Shown: positions 12,773 through 25,852 of the stretch, in pieces
How positions within the stretch are numbered: the stretch's first letter is position 1
Layout: every line of letters begins with the position of its first letter
Source of the DNA: Selaginella moellendorffii
Taxonomy: Eukaryota > Plantae > Lycopodiophyta
Assembly: GCF_000143415.4 (NCBI RefSeq)
Contig: NW_003314326.1
Coordinates: 62,001 to 126,000 of the forward strand
DNA: 64,000 nt
Direction of reading: 5' to 3'
Notes under the pieces: generated by a model
Databases searched by the model: none
The model's input: only the letters and a program-made list of their open reading frames with translations
What the model was told of the DNA's origin: nothing
Made by a program: the position numbers and the translations under genes

Positions 12773-13566
12773 AGTGCCACCATCACCTTGCCAGACCATG
12801 CAAGAGATGTAGCAAGAGCATTCATAACCCGGGTTCAAGGTGAGATTCATTAATATTCCTTTACTAAGTTTCTAATGTATTTTATTTCAAGGTGAACAAT
12901 CTGAATCTGAATCAGAGGAGGCGTGATGGCATGTGGCCTTACGCCATTCCTAGGTGAGATGATACAAATAACAAGTATAAATTCTTAGTTGTTCTAGCAA
13001 ATCTTACTTAAAGTTCAAGGTGAACAAGCCGAATATGAATTCATCGGATTGTTATAACAAATTGCGAGGTGATGGCATGAGGCAATACGCCATTTGAGAG
13101 TGGTAGCCATTCCTATATAAGGTGAGTGAAATATTTATTAGAAATACCTCATTCAATTGTGCACTTCTTAGTCTTGGTCCACTCAGTACTATTTGCATGT
13201 TTCTATTTTAATTCTTTCTCTAAAATGTTATTTAGCATGTGGCTTCATGCCATTGCTCTCCACAATCATGCATTGAATTTTTCTATCCTTGCATAATACT
13301 TCTCCATATATATAGCATGTGCGCACATGTGATATGGTTCATTAGGCCTGATATAGTGTGTGAGGTAAAACAAAGATGATGTGACATATACATTTACCAA
13401 TCACACGTGCATAAATCTAATAATATGGCGTGTGGCCCATATTAATGGCACATAAACCCATATTGTGGGCTTACGTGCTTTATGTACCATCATTCCCTTC
13501 CAGCGTGTGTGTTGGTTTCCTTTTATAACACAACGAACTCCATATTTTAGGGTGAAGAGTGTTCTC

Positions 13567-13824
13567 ATGGCAAACACAAAATCTGTAAGTGAGGCAGAAA
13601 AGGAGACGGAGAAGGAGATAGGTGAAGATGTAGAATATATAAGTCTTCCAAACTCCCCGTACTATACTCCAGGTGATCATTTTTCTGAACAAACGGCAAC
13701 ATTAACAACTATCGAGAACGCCCCAGTAACGTCAGAGACAACAATCCAAAGCAGAACAACTGACCCAGAGAAGGATGATAGTACCGTTGAGAGTACCAAA
13801 AAGGAGGTGTCCACTAGCGCTTAG
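13567..13824 (+). CDS. small acidic/Thr-rich ORF in the transposon, function unknown
   Basis: Open in both copies (13465-13824 and 33454-33813); no recognisable motif. Confidence 0.3.
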   Translation: MANTKSVSEAEKETEKEIGEDVEYISLPNSPYYTPGDHFSEQTATLTTIENAPVTSETTIQSRTTDPEKDDSTVESTKKEVSTSA

Positions 13825-14484
13825 GCTTATAATGGCGTGTGCCCTTATGCCATTTACTTGATCACCAAATACCTTTTTCCCTTTGCACTAGTATATCTTA
13901 ATACCGGTTTGAGAAATAGAATGGCATGTGCCCTCAGGCCTTTTACTAAATCACCTTTGAAAGAAATGCAAGCCTCTATGTCGTAAAAAAAAGGTACTAG
14001 AGAAATTCCTTAATAATATGAATGTTATTTAGTTTCATGAAAATACACTAAGGGTCAAATGAGTTAAATGACTTCTCCAGACTAGCAATGCCTCTTGTTA
14101 CACCTTCACAATTAGATTCGTTAGAAAAAGATAACATTGAATAATATCTAAATGTTCTCACCATTAAGTTATATGTCTGGCTAATAGGAATGGCATTCAT
14201 CTTGGAAAGCTCACCACACGCTCAATGAACAAACAAATAGTGTGTGCGCGCATGCCATCGCTCTTCTTTAGCTTCAGATTCGGCTTGTTCACCTTGACAA
14301 TGAGATTTATTATACAACCAGATGGACTCAGTCTGGACACAAAGTCACCGTGCTAGTCACCATGCCCCAGATATGTCTAGCCCCTGGACAAAAAACATAT
14401 AATTTCACGTCATTTTCAAATACTTGAAAATTTGTACCTAGTCCCATTTTACTGAATAAATCCCACTTTAACGAAATAGAGCTT

Positions 14485-17400
14485 GTGTGCTAAAAAAGGG
14501 CAGACTAAAAGTTGGACCAAGATGCGGTCTCTTATCCGTAAGGAATACTTACCGGATGATCTTGGTCTGAGACTTTGCGCGGAGCTGTGGCGGTTAAAGC
14601 AGCGAGAGGATCTCATGCATTACATTAATGCGTTTGCTCATAAGCACATTATAATTGCAAACATGAGTGACGAAGATGCTCGAAGTTATTTCCTAGAGGG
14701 TTTAAGTTCACTTTCTCGTAATGAGATTTTGAAGTTTAAGCCAAAGACGTATCTGGAGTGTAAGGAGGCAGCGCAGCAAGTTGCCTTTAGTCACTCGCTT
14801 ATGGAACAATATCAGCAATCGTATGCTGGTAACTCGGATAAGAATAAAAATTCTGGGAATAAACAAGGTCATTGGAAACAGAGGGTGGAAAGTAAGTTCC
14901 GCCTTGGAGGCTCACAAGCAACAGTTAACAAAGGTGGTGGTGGTTGGAGACCACCAGCAGCTTCTTCTGGTCCTAGGCCCTCGGTTCCTCCTCCTGGTGG
15001 GTACAAGCAGCAGCAACCTACAAAACCTGCTCCTAGCGGAACAGGTAGTGTGGGTCATTGCTTCCATTGTGGAGAGTCAGAACGTAGGTCCTTGGAATGT
15101 CCCAACAAGCATAAGACAAGGTCTCGGGTTAATGTCATGAGGGAAGACGGTGGTGGTGACGAGTTAGTCAATGCAAACTATGAGGAAGAAGAGGTGAGTA
15201 ACTTTCATTGCTTTCCTCAAGCTTTTCTTGCAGTCAATGCAAACACTGATCCGTTGATGTATCTGGTAGGCTTTGTCCGTGGACACTGAATCCAAGTGAT
15301 GATTGACACAGGAGCTATGCATAGCGTGATATCCGAAGACTTAGTTAAGTTGTTAGGATTGAATGCTGAGAAAATGTCGCCTATGCACTTCCGGTTTGCG
15401 GAAGGTGGGCAAGTAGCCAGAAAGTTTGTGAATGATGTTCCAATAAAGATATCCAAGTGGAAAGAAAGAGTGGACTTGGTAGTGTTGAAGATACCAGATT
15501 TTCAGATGGTGTTTGGTATGGATTTCTTCAACAAATATATAAAAGGGATTTATGGTGCTGGATAAAGTCGTATCACGTTGAAGTTAGAAGGACGTCCTGA
15601 TGTATACTTTCAGTTGCAAAAGCGTTCCTCAAAGGATTGGGATGCAAAGTTCCTGGCTACAAGGGCCGCTCAAAAAGTAGCTAAGAGGGGATATTGGACC
15701 TTTTGGGTTCAAGTGATGGAAGCTAAGGGTATTGGTGACTCAATTCAAATCGGCGATAGGGTTGATCCTGTACCAAAGAAGATATTGGAGTTGCTGGTGC
15801 GGAATCAGGATATCTTTCTGAAAAATTTGCCACCAGAGCTCTCTCCTAGCTGTGAGGTTGATTATCGGATTGAGGTTATTCCGGTTCTAAACCACCTACA
15901 AAAGCTCCATATCGGTTGAACATCAAGGAGATGGCTGAACTCAAGAAGCAACTCATAGAGCTTCTTGACAAAGGTCATATCCGACTAAGCAAGTCACCTT
16001 ATGGAGTGCTAATCCTTTTTGTTATGAAAAAGGATGGAACCATGAGGATGTGTATTGACTATCAAGCACTCAACAAGATCACAATTAAAAACAGTTATCC
16101 TTTGCCTTGCATTGATGACTTGTTTGACCAACTCTTAAAGGCTAAGTATTTTACGCAACTTGATTTGCGGTCCGGGTATCATCAGATACGGGTGGCGGAT
16201 CAGGATATGGAGAAGACAGCCTTTAAGACTTAGTACGGATTTTATGAGTTCCTTTTCATGCTGTTTGGGTTATGCAATGCTCTGGCAACGTTCAGCACTA
16301 TGATGGATAGAATATTTGGAGATTATCTGGACATATTTGTTGTCCTATATATCGACAATGTTTTAGTCTTTAGCAAAACGTTGGAGGATCATTTGAAACA
16401 CTTGGAGCTAGTGTTTTAGAAGTTGCGCAAACACAAACTGTATGCTAAGGAAAGTAAATGAGTTTTTGGTCAATTGCGCGTAAACTTTCTCGGACATATA
16501 GTTGGTGGTGGCATGATTGAAGTCGATCCAAAGAAGGTGGAAGCGGTGAAGTCCTAGGAAGTCCCGACCACTGTATTAGATGTTCGTTATTTTCTCAGTT
16601 TGGCAGGATACTATCGCAAGTTTGTCCGCAATTTTGCAAGAATTGCTCTTCCATTGACTGAGTTGACAAAGAGTAGTATTCCGTTTCATTGGACACTAGC
16701 TTGTCAACATGCTTTTGTATAGTTGAAGGAGATCTTGACTACGGTTCTTGTTCTCAGGATCCCAGATCTTGATAAACCCTTCGAAGTGCATTGTGATGCG
16801 TCTGGCTATGCTATTGGTGCCGTGTTGCAGCAAGATTGTGACAAAGCGGTTGGTGTTACGCTAAGGCAATATGGTTGTCCCATTGCATTCTATTCCAAGA
16901 AATTGGATGAGACCCAATAAAGATGGCCAACGCATGAGAAAGAGATGTTTGCTATAGTGTCGGCCCTGGAACACTGGAGACACTACTTAGGTGGACATAC
17001 CAAGGTTTATACGGATAGTAACACACTAAGCTACTTTGCTACGTAGCCTAAGCTTACGCCGAAGTAGGCTCGTTGGCAAGAGAAGCTTGCTAGATATGAT
17101 ATTGAAATCATATATAAACCTAGTAAAGACAATATTGTTCCGGATGCATTGAGTCGTCAATCTCCCTTGTGAACGTGAATATCACGTTAAGTAGGCAGGT
17201 TACCCGACTTGTGAATCAACCAGGGAACCTCTTAGTAATCTTACCCATGCTCGTGAGCTTGTCACGGAGTATAAGAATAGTAATAAAGATTAGCTTTTAT
17301 AAAATCTTGTAATAAATCTTGGCAATTAATAAAGTAATATATTTCTATAAATCAAAGTGTCATTTCTCTCGTTCTATATTCTATAAGCAAGAAAGATTGT

Positions 17401-20400
17401 ATCTTCCCTCTAAGGATTTGCAGCAGTTATTTATGCAGGAACATCATGATGTTCGAGTAGCGGGACATGGTGGACAGCGAAAGACTCTGGCTTTGTTGAA
17501 AAAGGGATTTTTCTGGTCTGGTATGGAAGGTGATGTAGCAGACTATGTCCGTTCCTACCCTATATGCCAGCAATGTAAGCATAGAACTGAGAAGCAGGCT
17601 GGGAAGTTGCAGTGCATTCCAGCACCGGCATGGCCATTTCAAAGTGTGACACTTGATTTCGTCACTTGCTTGCCGAAGTCTAAGGGTTATGATACTTTGA
17701 TGGTGGTTGTGGATCAGTTGTCGAAGATTGTACACTTCATTCCAACTGTGGGAATAGTGAATATGAAACAAGCAGCAAAGCTTTTTTTCCATGAAGTAGT
17801 GCAGGTTCGTGGTCTTCATGAAGAGATGATCTCGGATAGAGATTTGAGGTTTACGAGGAAGTTTTGGGGAAAATTGTTCCAGTTGTTTGGTACCAAGTTA
17901 AAGTTTAGTACGGCTTATCATCCTCAGACTGATGGGCAAACCGAACACGTGAATGCTCAAGTTGAGGATTATCTGCGGTACTATGTCACGGCAGACCAAC
18001 GCGACTGGGTTGAGCATTTGGATACAGCAGAAATATATTATAACAACACATTTCACACCGCTATAGGCTGTTCTCCATGGGAGATGCTGCAAGGAAATGC
18101 TCGTGGGGTTCCTCAACAGATCATTGTACTAGAACCTATGTCCGAAGTTTGGTCCCGGCTGTTGAGACTTATGCGGAGCAGCTACGCCAAAGTTGGTCTA
18201 AAGCTACTGAGGCGATGGGCAAAGCTCAGGATAGGTATCGACATGATAAGGATCAACATCGTCGGGATGTATCCTATCAAGTGGGAGATCAGGTGTGGCT
18301 ATCTTCTTGGAACTTGAACATTAAAGGTTCTTTGTCTCGGAAGCTCTTGCCAAGATATGTTGGACTCTATCGGGTGCTAAAACGCATTGGTGATATATCC
18401 TATCGGTTGGATTTGCCTGCGGAGATGTCCAATGTTCATAATGTATTTCATGCCAATCTATTGGCTCCTTACACTATGGATATTGCATGTCAAGGGGAGA
18501 TTCGTCCACCACCAGATGTTGTGGATGGTGAACCTGAATACGAAGTTGAAAGCATTCTGTCCTGTCGCCAGAAACATAGAGCTTGTGCAAATGAATATCT
18601 AGTTAAGTGGAAAGGTTACCCGACTTGTGAATCAACCAGGGAACCTCTTAGTAATCTTACCCATGCTCGTGAGCTTGTCACGGAGTATAAGAATAGTAAT
18701 AAAGATTAGCTTTTATAAAATCTTGTAATAAATCTTGCGAATTAATAAAGTAATATATTTCTATAAATCAAAGTGTCATTTCTCTCGTTCTATATTCTAT
18801 AAGCAAGAAAGATTGTATCTTCCCTCTAAGGATTTGCAGCAGTTATTTATGCAGGAACATCATGATGTTCGAGTAGCGGGACATGGTGGACAGCGAAAGA
18901 CTCTGGCTTTGTTGAAAAAGGGATTTTTCTGGTCTGGTATGGAAGGTGATGTAGCAGACTATGTCCGTTCCTACCCTATATGCCAGCAATGTAAGCATAG
19001 AACTGAGAAGCAGGCTGGGAAGTTGCAGTGCATTCCAGCACCGGCATGGCCATTTCAAAGTGTGACACTTGATTTCGTCACTTGCTTGCCGAAGTCTAAG
19101 GGTTATGATACTTTGATGGTGGTTGTGGATCAGTTGTCGAAGATTGTACACTTCATTCCAACTGTGGGAATAGTGAATATGAAACAAGCAGCAAAGCTTT
19201 TTTTCCATGAAGTAGTGCAGGTTCGTGGTCTTCATGAAGAGATGATCTCGGATAGAGATTTGAGGTTTACGAGGAAGTTTTGGGGAAAATTGTTCCAGTT
19301 GTTTGGTACCAAGTTAAAGTTTAGTACGGCTTATCATCCTCAGACTGATGGGCAAACCGAACACGTGAATGCTCAAGTTGAGGATTATCTGCGGTACTAT
19401 GTCACGGCAGACCAACGCGACTGGGTTGAGCATTTGGATACAGCAGAAATATATTATAACAACACATTTCACACCGCTATAGGCTGTTCTCCATGGGAGA
19501 TGCTGCAAGGAAATGCTCGTGGGGTTCCTCAACAGATCATTGTACTAGAACCTATGTCCGAAGTTTGGTCCCGGCTGTTGAGACTTATGCGGAGCAGCTA
19601 CGCCAAAGTTGGTCTAAAGCTACTGAGGCGATGGGCAAAGCTCAGGATAGGTATCGACATGATAAGGATCAACATCGTCGGGATGTATCCTATCAAGTGG
19701 GAGATCAGGTGTGGCTATCTTCTTGGAACTTGAACATTAAAGGTTCTTTGTCTCGGAAGCTCTTGCCAAGATATGTTGGACTCTATCGGGTGCTAAAACG
19801 CATTGGTGATATATCCTATCGGTTGGATTTGCCTGCGGAGATGTCCAATGTTCATAATGTATTTCATGCCAATCTATTGGCTCCTTACACTATGGATATT
19901 GCATGTCAAGGGGAGATTCGTCCACCACCAGATGTTGTGGATGGTGAACCTGAATACGAAGTTGAAAGCATTCTGTCCTGTCGCCAGAAACATAGAGCTT
20001 GTGCAAATGAATATCTAGTTAAGTGGAAAGGTTACCCGACTTGTGAATCAACCAGGGAACCTCTTAGTAATCTTACCCATGCTCGTGAGCTTGTCACGGA
20101 GTATAAGAATAGTAATAAAGATTAGCTTTTATAAAATCTTGTAATAAATCTTGCGAATTAATAAAGTAATATATTTCTATAAATCAAAGTGTCATTTCTC
20201 TCGTTCGATAGTACTTGGGTCAGTTTTGGCAGGCTGACTTCGGCACTTTGGTGCATGGGTCCAATCCATAACCATGGGGATAACTATTATAGGCTGATCA
20301 CAAGTCCCTGCCTCTCTCTCGATGACTCCTTTTCGAAACGGGGCGTGGTCGTGTAAACAACTTAATCTGCCAGTTTATGTCTAAATCTTCCTGACGGCGT

Positions 20401-20735
20401 TGATTTCTTGCTCATGGGCAGTTGGGCCTCTAGCCTTCTCCCTATGTCCCTGCGGGGGATATATCATTCCTTTGTAAGCCAAGCGGTACTCGGAGCAGCA
20501 AGGGTGGCTAACTCTGTTAGTCATTTCCTTGTCGGTGACGGCCGGAGGGTGTCTGAGTCTTAACGTCTTTGGACGTAGAGGAGAGGTCGTTCCATAACTC
20601 ATTTAAGTCGGTGTATTTCCCACATAGTGTGCTTTCCGTTAACTTTTGAAGTTTTTTCCTTGACAAGGACGTCGATCTTAGCATCATCAAGGTATGCATC
20701 GACGAGGACGTTGATCTTCCCCAAGGGGGGGAGAG
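14485..20735 (+). mobile_element. degenerate Ty3/gypsy chromovirus, family 2 (5'-truncated gag, pol, duplicated INT-chromodomain)
   Basis: gag with CFHC zinc knuckle, IDTGA protease, RT ([10 protein letters not shown]), RNase H (CDASG, WPTHEKE), integrase, chromodomain; many stops; PPT AAGGGGGGGAGAG at 20723-20735 followed by TG. Confidence 0.9.
17197..20206 (+). repeat. near-perfect tandem repeat, 1416-bp unit x2.1 (integrase-chromodomain-3'UTR)
   Basis: ORFs 17319/18735 and 18077/19493 are offset by 1416 nt and essentially identical. Confidence 0.95.
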
Positions 20736-22940
20736 TGTCGCGAATGTGACTTTGGGTATCGAAAGATACTTGTCAACCAGTCCTTACAAACACTCTTTCC
20801 TTACTGCCATGATGGCAGGAGGTCGGTACTGCTGGTCCCTTTCATGGTCTCCACTCAAACTAGTTGAGAAACTGGTCATCACTTGTGCACTTGACCAGAT
20901 GAGCATAAGGATGGAATTCCTACATGCTATTTGTCAAGCATATTTGACCTGGTTAGAGAAACTCATTCGTTGACTTACACTTGCTAGTGTTGGGAACCCC
21001 CGCGATATTGAGACTAGTCCCTTGATATTCACTAGATGATAGCTTACCGTGTCTACCAAACACCCTCGCTATCACGCCCTTTGTGTTGGTCTCATTTTGA
21101 TCCCAAATGCTATTTATGGAAAGTGTCTAAATTAGCTCATTTGGCATATCTACGGAATGTAAAGATCGGCCTGAACACAATGGTGTTCGTCCCGTGTCCA
21201 AATTCACAATTTAAAGACATTCCATATTTAGTAAGTTTCAAATTTGTCCCAGAGACTAACTCCTGGTACTAAGGGAGGCTTGGGGTGAAAGCCCAAAGCG
21301 TGTGTCCCTCAAGGGGGGGGGGGGGGGGGGGGAGGGCTGTGGGGGGTTCCAAATGTATAGTAGGGATAGTGGGTGAAATGCATGTCCGACCACCTAAGAC
21401 ATTAGTTTGGCTCCCACTGAGTTGTGTCGTTCTTTGTTTTGCGTCCGGCTTGGGTCTAAGCCCAAACTCCACGCTGCTCTAGTCGGTGGGGTACCCTCCT
21501 CCTCGCATTAGGCCACCGGTATGCCAAAATTGTGCCAGACTCCGTCTGGCACTATTTTGTGTGCAAGTGCTGGATATGGGGAGCTGGTGCTCGTCGTTTC
21601 GTAGCGCAATGGGCTTGGAGTTCGGCTCTAAATTCAGGTGCGCTACACAAAGGCTGTGCATTTGAGCCGTTGGATCTGTGCGATCTGATGGTGGAGGAGA
21701 GAGGAGAGGGAAGCATGAGTGGGCCTTTGTAATGGCTATTGCTGTTGCAAAGGCTTTTCCCATGGCAGATTTTGGTGAGGCACAGCATTTCTATGGTGAT
21801 CTCTAGGTGGTGTGGGTGCTCTGTGTGGTAGGGAGCAGCTCCCTTGGCATTTTTATGATCTCTTGGTGGTGCCAAGGCACTGGACCAAAAGGGGGCAAAA
21901 AGCCTTTGTGCGGAGTTTGCTGTGCCAGACACGATTCAGGGGAGCTGGGCCACAGGAAACGCCAAAGAGATTGTTGTGTCGAGAAGCCAAGCTAATTCCC
22001 GGACTCTTAGTGGCAGTGAGCATCTCCAGGCAGGGATTTTTTGTGGCACTGTGGCAGCAAGGTGCGGCACACAGGGGCCAATGCAAATGCCTGGCTTGGA
22101 GACTTGCTGTGCCAGACCCTGGTGAGGGGAGAGAGGGGCAGCATGGCTGGTTTCTCTGAATCCAGAACCATGCTTGGAGTTGTCCTGGCTTGCTGTTGGC
22201 TTGACGTTGTGGCGTGGTCAAGACAGAATGCCCTGTCGTGATTGCTCCTTGCATCTTTCTCCTTCATAGCCCAGAATAAATCTAAGTACGATTCAGGCTT
22301 GGACCACGTGGACCATTAGATCGGGAGATCTGACGGTGGAGAGGCAGGCATTTGCAATTGCGGTTGCAATTGTGTCTCCCACGGCAGATTCTGGTGGATC
22401 ATAGCAGCTTTGTGGTGATGTCTGGGTGGTGCGAGTGCTCTCAACAGCAGGGAGCAATCCCCTTAGCATTTTTGGAGATCCCTTGGTGGTTGCTGCCTCG
22501 GGTGGTGCTGCTGGGCAGCAGCTGGCCGGGACGCAGTGCTAACGGGCTGGGCCACGACGAGCCACAGGGCTGGCGCTTTGGGCGGCAAGTGCTGGCCCAA
22601 GTGCTCGCTGTGGCGGTCGCTGGAGGCCGGCCGTGGCACGGCTGGCTGGCCGGCTGGAGCAGCAGCCGCAGCAGCTGCTGGTGTTGGCAGGCCGCGGGCT
22701 GTTGCAGTGGCTGGCGCTGCCTGCGTCGGCGGCTGCTGCTGCTGCTGGAGCAGCTGGCTGTGGTGACCTCGGCCGTGGCGTGCTCAAGGTGTAGCTGCCA
22801 TGCTCACGTACCTTCCTCTCCATTGCCAAAAACCAAGTGCTAGGACTTAGAAATTTCTGGCAACTCAAAGGCTGAGCGTTTGAGCTGTTAGATCTGTACG
22901 ATCCAACGGTGGAGGATCCAACAGCCAGTGGGAATGCCAC
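20736..22940. repeat. LTR and LTR-like repeat region (boundaries uncertain)
   Basis: Starts with TG after the PPT; 21270-21520 carries the GGGGTGAAAGCCCAAAGCG/poly-G/GGTTCCAAA module and resembles 60650-60850; internal direct repeats at ~21650, ~22313 and ~22867. Confidence 0.5.
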
Positions 22941-22944
22941 TTAC

Positions 22945-23800
22945 CGGACTCTCTCGAGTCGGACTGCATAATTCAGGTCCGAGCAGTGAAGGCAAACTTT
23001 CACCCATGAGATATAATGCTGTCAGAGGTCACACAACACCTTCCAGATTTTCATCCCAGTGACTCCATCATCCAAACACACACCTTCCAGGTCGTACAGA
23101 TTCAACCTGCCGTGAAGCTTTGGCAGAAGTGAGGCAGATAGGAAATCTGCACGATTCGCAAAAGCGGAGCTTAGCACTTCATAAAATACGCACCAGTCGT
23201 GCAGCATAAGCTCTCATATAAGAGGACACAGCTTAGAGGAGCTGTAAATCCAACCCAAACTTTGATCCTCCCCCTGCTTCCTGGCACGTGGAGTCACAAG
23301 TTGCCCGCATTCAAGAGCACCTTCTGCAGCGTCTCTCCTGTTGTAAAAGACCTTGATCTTTTCTAAGAGGATGGAGACGTGATGCAATCTTTGTGCTGTG
23401 ACATGATCATAATGTTGTGATCAAGCCACCTGACAAAAACTTTCACATAGTTGCCGTGTTCCCACCATGCATCCAAGGCTTGAATCAGAAACGTGTATCT
23501 GTTCGTGAAATATAAAACGCGAGTGCTTCGAGACAACAGTAGCGTGCTGTGCTTATGCACCAGCCATCTGCAAAATTCAACGTTTCAGCAAGGAAAACAA
23601 AATTTCCAGAAAATAGTATAGTCAGGAGGCACGTACCTTGGTAAGTTGGCTTGACCTGAGCCGATGAATTTCTCCCACAGACAGTCTGATGAACACAGAG
23701 CGTACCAGTGCTTGGAAACTTGTCTTGATGAAGATAAGTCTCTCGCTGTCATTGACGTAAAGACACCTCGTCTGGGATAGCGGAGATTGGACTCTGGTTG
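22945..23800 (-). pseudogene. F-box protein with cullin-repeat-like C-terminus, frameshifted
   Basis: AIPDE/VFTSMTARDLSSSRQVSKHWYALCSSDCLWEKF (F-box). Downstream, W..H...VRWLDH, YES..MLHD...FY and SASLLPKL resemble cullin N-terminal repeats. Confidence 0.5.
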
Positions 23801-23849
23801 GAGCTCCCAGTTGCACCCAGTCGAGTTTGTGCAAGCGTTGCTAGGAATT

Positions 23850-25740
23850 CTTGAGCTTGTTTTCTTCTGGAGTGTGTAAAGAAAGCCACAAGAGTCACCA
23901 CAAAGCCCGCCGCTTCTGATCCTGGTGAATTTCAACAAACGAAAATGTGATGCCCGAACTCGGAATCTCTTTCTCAGGAACTCCCGGAGGATCGCATTCC
24001 TTACCGCTGCTCACATCCGACTTTCTCAGCATCGTCTCCAGGAGTGGAATCTGGTTCGCCACTCGCCAGTCACAGACCATCTTCCGACAGACGTAATGTT
24101 CACATTAACTTGCTTCCAAGAAGGCCGGGTACAGCTGGAAGTAGAACTTGTACACAGGCCAACCTGCAGAGACGTAGAACAAAAGAAAGAATACCAGATG
24201 AATTCCATCAGCAGCAGTGTTGGTGACCCAGACTCGGTACGTTTTACCTCCATTCCTGCGTAAGGAGTGAACGATTCGAACAGACTTGTCAAGGAACGGC
24301 TTCATTTCTTCACTTCGAGCGTTGGAACCCGTTTCATTAGAGCCGCCGGTGTTCCTGTCTAAGGATATTGACAGGATAAACACTAGTGACAGAGAGAACC
24401 ATTCAGTAGCATGTACAGAGATTACCTACCTGGTCGAGGGTAAAACTGTGATATGTGGACCTGTGGGAACGTGTACTCTCGTATTAGTTCCATGATCCTG
24501 TCAAAATCCTCTGATGTTTCTCCTGACAAGGATAAAAGCTCAATAAGATACAATCTTTTTCATGGATGCGAGTGTACCTGGAAATCCACAGATAACATCT
24601 GTAGCGATATGAATCTCCGGGACTAGTCTTGTGAGAGTATCCACAATTTTTCTAAACTCGGAAAACGTGTACTCCCTCTTCATGCCCTGAAGAACACAGA
24701 AAACAGCTTACAGAGACAAAACAATCACCCAGAACATCAGTACCTCCAACACCGAGTCCCTTCCAGATTGAACCAGAACATGAAGGAACGAATACACGCA
24801 GGGGTGACAGCCATTTCCTCCAGATGCTGTAAGATGTAGATTCGGAGCATTGTACTTCTGTCTATGAGGAAGCGCGGCAACTAAAGCACATAGAAGCGCT
24901 GGTATATTTGCTCCAATGTCTCGTCCTGTAGTGCAAAGAAAGAAAAAAGTAAATAAAAAATGCTAGCTTGAAACAGATAACCATAACCGTAAGCTCCAGT
25001 GTCGCCATATCTCCTTCACACCTTCAGACACCACGGTTTTCAATCTTTGCACCTGTAGATAAAGCTCAGTAACAGAGAAAAGAAACTGGCGAAGGTCCTT
25101 ACTAGTGTGTCTACTGTGTAGCTGCCAAGATGCCCGCGAGCATGCTTCGTCTTGCAGTATGTGCAAGCACCCAAGCAGCCAACGTTGATAGGAATGATCT
25201 CGACAAACTTGTTCTTACAAACCTGAAAACACAACAGCAAAAGAGATTATAAACTTTTGGCAAATCAAGAGACGGTAAAGCATCCCGTCGAAGCAGCCAG
25301 GCCTCGTGGCCTTTCAAAGTCTCCCCCGCTGTATTTGCTGCACTCCGATGACGCTGACAGCTTCGAGATCTTTTAAACCCTGAGGAACGCATCCAGCTAT
25401 CCACCAAGGGAATAGAGGCTGCTTTGCCTTTACGTATCAGTGTTTCCATTGTCGGAGCTTTCACAGTACACCTGCGAATAAAACAGCAGCAACAATTGAT
25501 CCAGCTTAAGATTCTTCCTTCTGATACTGAACTTACGTGTTGATCAGCCAAAGATCAGCTCTCTGAGGAGAGTCCGAGATGGCCATAAGCCTGAAGCTGT
25601 CCTGCCATATACTCACTGCCGCTCTGAATGACTAGTCAACATTAGTTCTTTTCTACGTGAACCTACTCCAGTTTACCTGCCCGAATGCAGGTAAACTCAG
25701 TAAAGTCTACACCTCCACCATACCTCAATGCCAGTTTCAG
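23850..25740 (-). pseudogene. CDKAL1: threonylcarbamoyladenosine tRNA methylthiotransferase (radical SAM, CDKAL1/MtaB type), multi-exon, disrupted
   Basis: [42 protein letters not shown] (CxxxCxxC), [21 protein letters not shown]-region ITSVGRWSV; frameshifts and stops. Confidence 0.88.
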
Positions 25741-25852
25741 GTGTTTTCTACCAACCTCACATCGAATGCAGTCGAAGCACAATGTCCCATTCTACGGCTA
25801 GAACCCTAAAAATCAGAGTACCTAGGTTAGGGTTCCGCCAGAGAGCAGTCTC

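Larger units (their letters stand above)
5216..14484 (+). mobile_element. Sola-like TIR DNA transposon, copy 1 (partial, internally deleted, inverted relative to copy 2)
   Basis: Highly similar inverted copy of 32794-44240; terminal sequence CCACTTTAACGAAATAGAGCTT ends at 14484; interrupted by chromovirus A. Confidence 0.88.
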
